Shown: positions 1 through 10,240 of the stretch, one piece after another
How positions within the stretch are numbered: position 1 is the stretch's first letter
Layout: each line of letters begins with the position of its first letter
Program-made: the position numbers and the translations under genes
Notes under the pieces: model-generated
What the model was told of the DNA's origin: nothing
What the model saw: only the letters and a program-made list of their open reading frames with translations
The model's database searches: none
NCBI GenBank assembly: GCA_037447605.1
Contig: CM074816.1
Location: 697,873 to 761,872 of the forward strand
Direction: 5' to 3'
DNA length: 64,000 bases
Origin: Zygnema circumcarinatum SAG 698-1b
Taxonomy: Eukaryota; Plantae; Zygnematophyceae

Positions 1-326
1 AAGAATCTTTTGCGAATCTGTATGATTTTTGTGATTTGTATGGCTTTTTTTCTGAATTTAGAAGTGCAGTGACTCATTGCATCTTGCAAAGCAGCAACTT
101 TTGATGTTGTGTGTCCGTGATTGCGTGGAAAACCTTTGTCGTGTAGTTGTTTTCACTCTTGGTGTGTGTACACGAGTACGTTTTAATCTCGCACTGCGTT
201 TTTGTGAGACTGCGTTTGAGTATTAGACTATAGAACGTGGAGTTGAATACCTGATTTATTCCTGTTCAGTCCAAAACCAGCCTTATCCTCTTCGTTGATT
301 TTTTTTGTCGTTGCGTATGTCTGTAG

Positions 327-3300
327 GGACCTAGGCAACAACAAACTGGAGGGGAGAGTGTCCGGCTTCATCTCTAAACTCACCCATCTGTGGTACCTGT
401 AAGCACCACTGCATCGATAACGTTGTATCTGCAGTTTGAATTTTTGCTCTCGGCCGAGCATTTGTACCTCTCAAACTATCACATTTATTTCGCGCTTGCA
501 TGAGCTTTAAGTTTATGCCATATTTTTGGTCACTTCTGTCACGGCGTGGGCTTTTTTGACGCCCAAGAACGCGCACTTTTTGCATGCAAGAGATTGGACT
601 TCGTCGTAGAGAGTTTAGGATTTAGAGTTTACGGATTAGGGTTTGGGTTCAGACTCTAAATTGTAGGCCATAAAGTTCGAGGGGTTTTAGGGGCTTATCA
701 GTTAAAGGATTCAGTATCTATGGGGGGTTAGTGGGTTCAGGGTTGATGGGATTGCAGGCAGAATGGGTGTAGGGAAAGGCTTAGAGGTTTAGGGGTTAAC
801 TATTTGCAGGCTGAAGGTTGCGTAGGGTCGTGAAGGAGTGAGAAACTTTGCAGACAGCACAAGCAAATATTTTCAGTGGCTATGACACAAGGAAGACTTG
901 AACGGGTTCTGTTGGAAAGTTCCTCTCTCTCTCTCTCTCTCTCTAACGCGCCACCCTTATTGTCATCAGGTACTTCAACAACAACAAATTGACTGGCTCC
1001 ATAACTCTTGCGAGCGATTACCTTCAGGACCTAGAGATCCAAGACAACTACTTCTCTGGGCCAATCAACATTACAAAGAATGGGCAACCTTATTGCTCCT
1101 CCAACTATGCCAACAACTGCATTTATCGCGATATCGTAGGATGTGGCGCAGCTGAAGGGGAGAGATCTCCGCAAGAGTGCGCGGCCTTCTGCCATAGCGG
1201 TTCTCCTGTGGGAGCGTGCGGGGGCCGCGGCACGTGCGGGTACGATACGGCCACGTGCACATGCGACAAGGGATATGCGCTGACATCGGGCACGTGCGGT
1301 GAGCTGCAACCTGCTGCTTGTAGATACTCGCAAGAAATGAAAAGTAATGGGTGGGAGAAGTTTTGGAAACTATCGCATTGCTATCAACTTTTACGCAGTC
1401 TTGCTGTCAAAGCACACTTAATGCGATCCATGTGATTCAGCCAATAGTAGAGGTTCACTTCTCGAAATTCTAGAAGTATATCGCAAATATTACTTGGTGA
1501 ACTCTGCAAGCTCATTCAGAACATGGTGTAGGGTTTACTAGGATGTATCAAGAGTGCCGCTTCGATATCATGTTTGAAGCTTTTGATAACCTTTTCGACC
1601 CATCCAAATCGCGTGCAAGCTACAACATATCTCGGCTCCATTTGCAATAGCTAGACAACCTGCGAGTTTGACTGTTGCGGATCTGGATGTAAAACAGCGT
1701 TTGGAAGACGCGGTGGGAGGCTCTCACTCCTCCCTTCCCTCTGCAATGTCGGAGTTTAAGTCTTTTCTTAAGCAAATTGAGCAAAGCTTTGGCGACTGCA
1801 CGAAGGTGCTCTTGTCGTCGTCTTATTTTTGGAGAGATCACATGTTTGTTGAAATCGAATGAAGGTGCTGGTGGTGCTAAAGGTGGTGGTTGTTTCAAAT
1901 GACAGTCAGTTGATACACTGCTCCACTTGGCTTTTCTTTGTCAATCGTTCTCCTTGTTCGCTCACTGTCTCTTTCTCCTTTCCCCTCGTTCTCCCGTGCG
2001 CAAACTCTCTTTTTCTCCTCTCCCCCTTCTCTTTCCTTCTCTCCCTTTCTCCTCGCCCGCTCTCTACCTTACTCTCTCTTGTGCACACGCACACACATCA
2101 ATTCCATGTCTTTGTGCTTGCAGTAAATCTGAAACTCTGGACGGATACCTCAATAGGGAACTTCCTCGTCGTGCCCTCGAATTCGTTCAACGCGTGGTCT
2201 GCCGAGGGAAACAATTCTAATATCGGAGCTCAAGTTCAGTTTTCTGACTGTACGTATTGCAACACAGCTTAGTGGGATTATCACTTGAGATATCCTTAAG
2301 CTAGTCCTGCCAATGCAACTTTCACAATACTTTCGAACCTCTCTTTAAGTGGCTACAACTTTTTCCGCCCCTTAGCATGCAGCATGCACGCGATTACTTC
2401 TACATGCATTTCTTTGGCTCGCTTTCGACGCATATAATTCATTGTCTCTGAACAAAGAAGCTCTGTTGCGATTGCAGATCCTAACGGATTTGATGGTAAC
2501 GTCGGAGCCCTGTGGTTCCTCAAGAAGGTCGGAAGTGCTTACTCTTTTCAGCAAACGCGGGGAACGTGTTTGGATGTTCCAAACAGTAGCACAGATGCCG
2601 ACACAATCTTGATTATATGGAGTGAGCTTCCGCCCTGGTTAAAACCAATACACACTACATAATTGAGCTTTCCTATACAGACTTTACGCTAGCTGGATAT
2701 TTGAGTTGATTACTTGGACATGAAACAGCGTTAAGGTACGGAAAGGATAACACGTGAGCAATGGAAGAATCGTCCAGATGCGTTTTTAGACGATTCTTTG
2801 AATGTTGTTGACTAGTCTTAGACGCTGGCATTATTCTCAAAACGCTGTGTTTGATGTCTACATGGGGTGGCCGGATGGGTTGCAGCATGCTCTGGCTCCA
2901 GCAATCAGCTGTGGACGCCCATCTTCAGCAGCTCTGTGGATTTCTCCGTTCAATGGCAGAACGTGAACTCCGGCCTGTGCCTCGACGCTACCGGGTCCCG
3001 CAATGGCGATTACTTAATTCAGTGGTATTGCAAGTCTAGTGATACTCCCGAAAACGCCAACCAGCTGTGGCTGCCACTAAAAAGTACACTTGTCAACAAC
3101 AAAGCCTGTGAGTGTCCCCGTCTTTGGCTTTGACTGAGCATGCCGGAATCGCTGCTTGCACCGCCTGCCCTGACCCTTGAGCGCTCGTCCCTGTCCCTGC
3201 CCTGTGCGTGTAGCCCCGTCCGGGCTGGCGGCGCCGCCCGCAGGCAGCGATAGCGGCACAACGCGCCTGAACGTGCTGTCGCGGCACGCGAGCTGGACGG

Positions 3301-6300
3301 ACGCCCTCCCGCCCGCCGTCGACTGGTCTCCGTACTTCGGCCCCGCCAAGGACCAGGGCGCATGCGGTGCCTAAACCCTAAACCCTCGACCCTAAACGCT
3401 ACCCCTCCACCCTCACATCCTAACCCTAAAAACCCTACACCCTTCACGCTAATGCCCTCAACTCTATACTCTTCTTCTCCACCCTCACATCCTAAACCCT
3501 AAACTCTCAACCCTACACCCTCCACCCTCACACCTCAAACCCTGAACCCTAACCCCTGTCCCGCAGGATCGTGCGCGGTGTTCGCGGCGGTGGCCGCGGT
3601 GGAGGGAGCGTTAGGCGTTACCGCACAGTTCGCGCCGTCGGCGAGCATCGCTCTCGCGGAGGCGCAGGTGGGGATGGCCTTTTCACGGGAATAGGGGGAG
3701 TCAGACCTTGACCATTGCTTACGAAATTTCCGAATTCCTTATACTAAAAGTCACTTCTTTCGTGTACGAATTCCGGGTCGGGATCCGCGGCTCCGCCTTA
3801 CACAGCCGTACCAAAATGCGTACCTAGCCAATGCTTAATTCGCCCGACAGGCTTACGAAATTGATTTGGCGATGGTCAAGGGGTCTGACTCCCCCTAATC
3901 GTAGCAAGGCGGCACCTCAGCCAAATAGTGAAAGTCAAACACTAATTGTACGGTCTTCTCTGAGAGCAGGTCGTGGATTGCTCCGTGGCCGGTTCGTGCC
4001 TGGGCGGTTGGCCCGCGCGCGTCCTCGATTGGCTCGCGGCGGCCTCGGGCGGACTCGCCACGGCGGCGGCGTACGGACCGTACAGCGCGCAGACCAAGGG
4101 CACCTGCCGGGTGGGTGGGCGTATGTGACTTTAACGGACGTGACTTTAACGGACGTGACTTTGATATGTTGTGGCGTCTTTTTAGAGATGACCTTGTGTA
4201 TACGAAATACGATTGTCGTCTTTATTGACTTTATAGGGCACGTTGACTAACTTGCATGACTTCATCAGACGTCAAATTCCCATATATGACTTTATCGAGA
4301 TAGTTCGTCGTCGCGTGCACTCGTGCTGATGCAAGCCTCCCCTTCGGCCATTTCCGAAGGTTTGATGACGTGCTTCAGGACTTTTAGGGTTTGCGCAATC
4401 TCTAGGGTTCGAAGTATGGAGGGGGGGGTTCGTACGGTTGACTGTTCTTCTGACCTGAAGTCACTTTGGTGGTGGGGACGCCGTGAATGCTGATGTACTT
4501 TTTGAGCTTGTGCGAATGCTGAGCAGGCTGCGGCCGTACAGCGGACAGTGTATGTGCTGAGATATGAGCAGGTTCCTGCGTCCAATGTTTTGGCCCTCAA
4601 AGCTGCTGTCAGCCAGCAGCCCGTCACAGCGTTCATAACTCTCACACAGCAGCTCATGGTGTGGAACACGGTGAGACAATAACACCTACTTTGAACCTCT
4701 GGTATGCGGGTTCAAGCCATCATGGCATGGGATATCCATTTTGACTGTTCATTTCTTCAATAAGTGAATCACCACGTTTCGAAGATGAAACTCTCTCTGC
4801 CTGGCTTACAAGGCTTTATATAGTATAACTGGACTTCCACGCTGCTCACTCTATTCATTGAGATTATGCTTAAAAATGTCCAAATGTCATACCCTGATTT
4901 GCTGCTTGTGTGTGTGTGTGTGTGTGTGTGTGTGTCTGTGAACACTGTGAAGTGGGACATTTTCACCGACTCAGAGGGAGCCTGCGAGGAGGACTCGCAG
5001 CTGAATCACGCCCTCGCCATCGTCGGGTACGGCAGCGAGAGCGGGGTTGCGTATTGGATCGTACGGAACTCGTTCGGCCCCGGGTGGGGCCGCAGCGGCT
5101 ACGCGCGCATCAAAGAGGGAATCTGCGGCCTCGCGGCCCTCTCCGCCCTCTACCCTGTCATCGCCCGTGAGTAGTTTCTCGCGCACGTTCCTCAAACTAG
5201 GTCTTCTAAGTATTCTGATTATAGTTATTTTTGGTATTGAGGATTGAAGCGTTGCAGGTAGTACGGTACGGCCTCTCTGTCTGGATGCTGCGTAGCAATG
5301 CAACCGTGGAACATGGCAAGTTGCATTTGTCGGGCAACGACAAGCAGTTGTTACAAACGGAGTTTCATGGCAAAATGTTGAACTCGCAAACCGTGTGCTC
5401 CTACCGGCCTTGAACGCTGCCACCTCTTACAACCTTGCACAGTTCGGACCAGTGGATCGGCAACCATTGGACAACCATTGGATGGCAATGGTTGGACGTC
5501 TACTGGTTGGCAACCAGTCGACAGGTTTGGAACCAGTGGATGCCACTGGTTGGCAACCAGTCGAATGGTTGTTTCGGTCCGCAACCACTGGTTGCCAACC
5601 AGTCAACTGGTTTGTCTAATGGTCCGATCTGTGCAACCTTGTCCAGATAGTCGCTTAGTCACAAGGCCTCTTTCCCTGCATGTGCAGCCCCTGACGGCAA
5701 CCCTTGCAATGTGAGAATCAACCCTTGTGGGAGAGGCACTTGCATAAACTCTGGGAGTTCCTACACGTGCCAATGCCCCATGCCCAAGTATGTCAATACT
5801 AGCAATACCGACAACACGCATACTTGCGCCCTCGGTAAGTGGCTTGCATTTCATTGTATCAATTGCTTTGCTTTCGTTTTTTGATCGTTACGATAGTCAG
5901 TACAGTTTGAAGCGCACTCAAAACAAGTCGTCCGATACATTTTCCATGTGCCTTTATTGAATGTCTGTTGTTGCGCTATCGCGCTCGTGGCAGTGAAAGT
6001 GTGTAGCGCCACAGCCGTGAACCCGTGCGGGGCGGGCTACTGTGTGAATGAGAACAACGGCTACTACCATTGCGTCTGCTCCGTCGGATATGTCAGTGCG
6101 AACAGCAGCGACGGCAGGCCCGTGTGCGTTCCGCGTAAGTGCTTGCTCTACTTACGGCTCCAATGTGAATGTGTGTGTTTTGGAGTTTGGAGGCATAGAA
6201 CATGAAGAAACGACTATGTATTTCTCGGTTGGGTCGTCTTTTTCGTCATTTCTAGGCGCAATTTTGCAGCTTTCATGGTTTTATTGGATTCTGCCGTATT

Positions 6301-7177
6301 GACAAAAATAAATGCTGCTGTGCAGCGGTGACAGCGAACTCGGCATTGCCGCAGACTTACACCGTCAAGGCGGGAGATTATTGCTACATGATCGCCTACG
6401 CTTACGGATTAACAATCACGCAACTGAGAAACCAAAACACGCAGGCCAATCAGGTACATGTGGCTGCTGCCGTAAAGGGCTGATGCAATAGGATGAATTT
6501 TGTTGTTACTCGCACCCTTCAATGGAAGTCCACTGGCAAAGCCTCAACTTCTCATGCGTCCTCATTTTTTTATTCCATTTATCTTCTCGTGTTGTGTCAA
6601 TGTGCAGAGCTGTGATCCGTTGATAACTGGTGTTGTCCTAAACATTCGAAATACAGCAGCAAAAACCTGCAAGGTTCTCTACACAATTCAGCAGGTCCGC
6701 TTCATGCCGACAACGCTCGAACTGCTTCTCTTTTTAAAATAGGACGAATGAAAGCCAATCTGTATGGCCAAGCTTGACCAATCAGACGCATTCTACAGTC
6801 GGAGACCGTACCTCCATTATGACATAGAAAGCAAATCACACTGTTCTTTCTAACGCTACAAAAAATCACTGTTAGTGACGGAGGTCAAATGTGTGAATGC
6901 AGGACGACTCGTGCTGGGCAATTGAAACCGTTGTCGGCCTCGCTATAGGCTCCCTCGTGAAGCTGAATCCAGGACTCATATGTGAACCCAAAAGCGGTCC
7001 TAATGGCGATCCCCTCGGCATTCAGCCAGGGCAGCAGGTGCAGTAGTACGCCAGGAACACCCCCCAAAGTGCTAATACCACCCGCCCTGAGTCTTCCTCC
7101 CCNNNNNNNNNNCTCCCCTCCCCTCCCCTCCCCTCCCCTCCCCTCCCCTGAACGAGCGAGGGAGAGCCCCCCCCGGC

Positions 7178-7209
<32 letters not shown>

Positions 7210-7822
7210 TCTGCAGGTGTGCCTGGTGGAGGGGAAGCCCGACAGCACGAAGGTGTGCATCAGCGCCGACACGGTCCTTGAGAGCGACCGCGGCAACAAG
7301 ACCTGCGCCGGCATCCTCAAGAGGACCCCCTCCTTGGCGCGCGTCGACTTCTTCGAAATCAACCGCGGCATCAACTGCGGGAACCTCTACGCGGGCCAGA
7401 CGGTACGGCACGCACATCCCATGCATGCATGCATGCATCATGCATGGGATGCACAAAGCATCCAATCACATGGCTCTAGCGTTTCTTCCCTGCCATTATG
7501 CAGCAATAGAGTACAGGATGGTTAAGGAAATCACGGGCTCTTTTGTGTGTGCTGCTGGGGAGGGCAGGTCTGCACCGGCTTCCAGGTGGTGCCTCCGGCC
7601 GCATGCAGGCCTTACTACACGTGGCAGCGAGGGGATACATGTTCGACTGTGGCTCAGCGTTTTTGCGGGGCGAGATCGCGGCTCAAGTGGAAGAAGTGCA
7701 TGGGACAAAAAACGGCTTTGTGTATCGGCTCCGGCCAGTGGGCCGTGGGGCAAGTCATCTGCGTGAAGCGACCGACGGGGTGCTTCCTTAATACGACGAG
7801 GGTGCCCTTTTGCACCGGCTGA
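327..7822 (+). CDS. Mosaic secreted-type protein A (5'-partial): LRR - EGF-like - ricin-B lectin - papain C1A protease - EGF x2 - LysM x4
   Basis: GT-AG exons join in frame: 327-398 (72-nt [27 protein letters not shown]), 970-1298 (LRR+EGF), 2124-2249/2478-2621/2886-3107 (ricin-[18 protein letters not shown]), 3214-3366 ([15 protein letters not shown]), 3567-3667 (SCAVF, Cys 3572), 3970-4110 (VVDC..CLGGWP), 4527-4670, 4953-5166 (NHA His 5007; RNS Asn 5067), 5688-5834 and 5994-6134 (EGF), 6326-6453/6608-6694/6903-7037/7217-7402/7568-7822 (Lys[14 protein letters not shown]; stop at 7822). Start codon lies left of the recognised exons. Confidence 0.88.
611..800 (+). repeat. Degenerate TTTAGGG-like (plant telomere-like) intronic tract
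   Basis: Imperfect runs such as tttaggatttagagtttacggattagggtttgggtt and ttagaggtttaggggtt inside an intron of gene A. Confidence 0.5.
3371..3556 (-). repeat. Degenerate CCCTAAA (plant telomere-like) intronic tract
   Basis: ctaaaccctaaaccctcgaccctaaac...cctaaccctaaaaaccct... fills most of the intron between two papain exons. Confidence 0.6.
3692..3897. mobile_element. MITE with GGGGG(A/T)GTCAGAC TIRs flanked by TA
   Basis: Left TA|GGGGGAGTCAGACCTTGACCAT, right ATGGTCAAGGGGTCTGACTCCCCC|TA; internal CTTACGAAA motifs; related copy at 25135-25295. Confidence 0.8.
5438..5633. mobile_element. 196-bp MITE with CACAG TIRs and 8-bp TSD (P-element-like or hAT)
   Basis: TIRs CACAGTTCGGACCA / TGGTCCGATCTGTG (1 mismatch); identical 8-bp flanks CAACCTTG at 5430-5437 and 5634-5641; three internal ACTGGTTGNCAACCAGT palindromes. 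Confidence 0.82.
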
Positions 7823-7976
7823 CGGCGGGGCGGTATCGAGCATCCGCGCTTGGGTTTGTCGCTCATTCGGCGCTGACTGCCGCCCTTGGTTGCGGCAAGG
7901 CAAATACTCCAAGCATTTTAATGTAAAGGGCAAAGATTTTCGTTTGCAGTTTCAAGGTAGGATCGGTTCTACTCAC

Positions 7977-8877
7977 ATTATCTTGCAACAACAAAGATGT
8001 AAGCTTGGTTTTTAAGTTAAGAAGAGGTGAAATGGATTAAAGGATAATTAGTTGGAATCTACTCACATCTCTGACCACAACGTCATCTTCGTCGACAAAG
8101 AATTGCCTGCGCAACAGCAACTGCAAAAATGAATACTTAATGTTCAAGGCCAAATTGACCCGACATAAACAGCCAAGTGGAACCAAGTGATAATCACTGC
8201 AATCAATCAAACAGAAATTTTACGGCGAAAAACTGCATTTTAACTGATTCAAATCGATATGAAAATGATTATCTGGAAAACTTACTCCACACAAGAATAG
8301 GCTGGATTCTTTTGCAACGGATTTGGATATTCCTGCATCCCGAAAGAACGACGACTGAGCTTAAGTAAAATTTTAAGAGCAAACTTTGAATCTCCATCTC
8401 CCCCTCTCTCTCCCTTTCCCTTCTCCCCCCCACCCCTTCCTCTCCCTCCCCCCTCCCCCCTCCCGCCTGCTCCCCTTCCCTCCCTCCGCCCGACGCCCTC
8501 CGCCAACATCCCAAAATGGATAAATCATGCATATTACAAGAAATGATATGCGGGGTAAGCCGCACCGGAAGACCTGCAAGCCAATCCGAGAGATGCGGGA
8601 CGTCATCCAGCAGCGCCATGCACGAAAGTTGAGGTCTTGACATTCCTCCTCGCCGCTGCGAGAACTTGCTTCCAAAGAGAGAGGAGGCCCTGCCACCGAT
8701 GCTGCTGCTGCTGCAGGCCGCTCTCTCTCCCCTGAAGACGGCAACTCCATTGCAGCACCCGCCATCGCCACCGCCGAGGCCGCCTTCCCTGCAAGGAATC
8801 TCTGCGATAGAATGTGCCTCCCTCCAGCCGCTAGCCAGACCGGCATTGCTGCCGCAGCTCAAGCGCAGAGCATCCAT
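7977..8877 (-). CDS. PFK: ATP-dependent 6-phosphofructokinase, 5' exons only (transit-peptide-like N-terminus)
   Basis: Exons 8877-8566 (M...ALLDDVPHLSDWLAGLP), 8332-8286 (EYPNPLQKNPAYSCVE) and 8106-8067 (QFFVDEDDVVVRD) match the plant PFK N-terminal motif VPHLxDxLPDLPxYPNPLQxNPAYSVVKQYFV..DD. Candidate 5-nt exon at 7981-7977. No catalytic exons recognised in the window. Confidence 0.85.
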
Positions 8878-9894
8878 GGCGCCTCTTCCCGCGTCTCCTT
8901 CTCTGCTGCTGCTGCGGGACTCCAGGTTCCAGCCGCACTTGTCACCAACAAGTAGCTTTGTTCAAGATTCTATGTCTATGCAGTTGAACGCTGTCCTGTT
9001 CGCAGTTAAACTAGTCGAACGCTAACGTGTTCCTTCCGCTCCAATAGTAATCCCTTGCCACACGTGTGAATGATATTTTGGTAAAAGGCGCAAGTCGGGA
9101 ATATTCCGTACGGCACGCTCCGAGGACCTTGGACGAGGCGGCCGTACGGATGGCTGGCGTTGCTTGCCCGGGCTGCCCTTTTGGCCTTTTCTTCCGCTAA
9201 AATAAGTCAAATTTGTCGTTTATGTCTGTCGCTGCGATGAAACTTCAGGAATCTTCTGATCGTACACGAACAAGGTGACAAGGCATAGCTGTACGGACCG
9301 GATCTTCGGATGAGTCGAGGTCGTTAGTCATTGGTCAATGACTTGCAGGCTTTGACCAGAAGGAATGCAAGCGAGGCCTGACCAACGAACGGCAGGCAGG
9401 GAGTCTGACCTCTCTGGCCAGCTTTGAACCCGTCGCCAGGTCTTGACTGACGGAGGACATAACAGGTCGAACCGGAACCCGATCTCAGGGGTCTTCATGT
9501 TTCAGCGTTTCTTTGGGTAGGGTTTAGGGTTTGGGGGTTAAGGGTTGAGGGATTCTAGGGTTCGTAACCATGTTGAAAGGTTTGATTAGAGGTAGAGGGG
9601 TGTGGATGGGGAGGCCGTGCGCGTGCAGACAAGTCCGTGGTAAAGTTGTGACTGGTCCCTAGAGCAAGGGCATCATTCCGTCGCCCCCAGCCCTAGCCCG
9701 ACTCGCCACATGACAGCAGCAAACCCAACATCAAAGTATATTCCTCTCACGCTTTGAACAAGCCGAGTTGCCGTCCTGCCCTGCGCGGCCACAGCGGCGC
9801 TTCGTGCACTTCAGCACTTCCTGCTCGCGGGTAACCGCGCTCGGGCGATATATCGCCGCGTATCGGATTCAGGGCGCGTGCTCATTCCACTGAT

Positions 9895-10105
9895 GGCCCC
9901 ATGACCGCAGGGCCCCATGACCGCAGGGCCCCATGACCGCAGGGCCCCATGACCGCAGGGCCCCATGACCTCATGGGGGCCATGGCCTTGGGCCGCATGG
10001 GCCATGGCCCCATGCCTCCATGGCCCCATGCCTCCATGGCCCCATGCCTCCGTGGCCCCATGCCTCTATGGTCCCATGCCTCCATGGCCCCATGCCCCCA
10101 TGGCC
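9895..10105. repeat. Two adjacent 16-bp minisatellites sharing a GGCCCCATG core
   Basis: GGCCCCATGACCGCAG x4+ (9895-9970) and TGGCCCCATGCCTCCA x~6 (about 10005-10105), just upstream of the EXO84 ATG. Confidence 0.9.
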
Positions 10106-10240
10106 GAGAAATGGAGGCGAACCGTCGCAGGACGAGAGGTTCGGTTAGTTCGGTAAGGCGAGGCATGAGGGAAGGCGAGGCATGAGGGAGGAGGCAGGAG
10201 GAAAGGAAGAAAGCAGGTGAGCGAGGAGCCTTCGGTAGCC

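Noticed and set aside
1620-1898. Minus-strand ORF as a downstream PFK exon
   Set aside because: No PFK motifs in the translation.
5502-5605. CRISPR-like array (three 17-bp palindromes with ~26-bp gaps)
   Set aside because: Eukaryotic intron, no cas genes, the gaps are themselves repeat-like, the third unit is inverted, and the block is enclosed by TIRs and an 8-bp TSD; it is a MITE interior.
9240-9510. Possible structured ncRNA (hairpin AGTCATTG-GT-CAATGACT)
   Set aside because: No recognisable snRNA, snoRNA, SRP or MRP motifs; a single short hairpin is insufficient. An Infernal/Rfam scan would be decisive.
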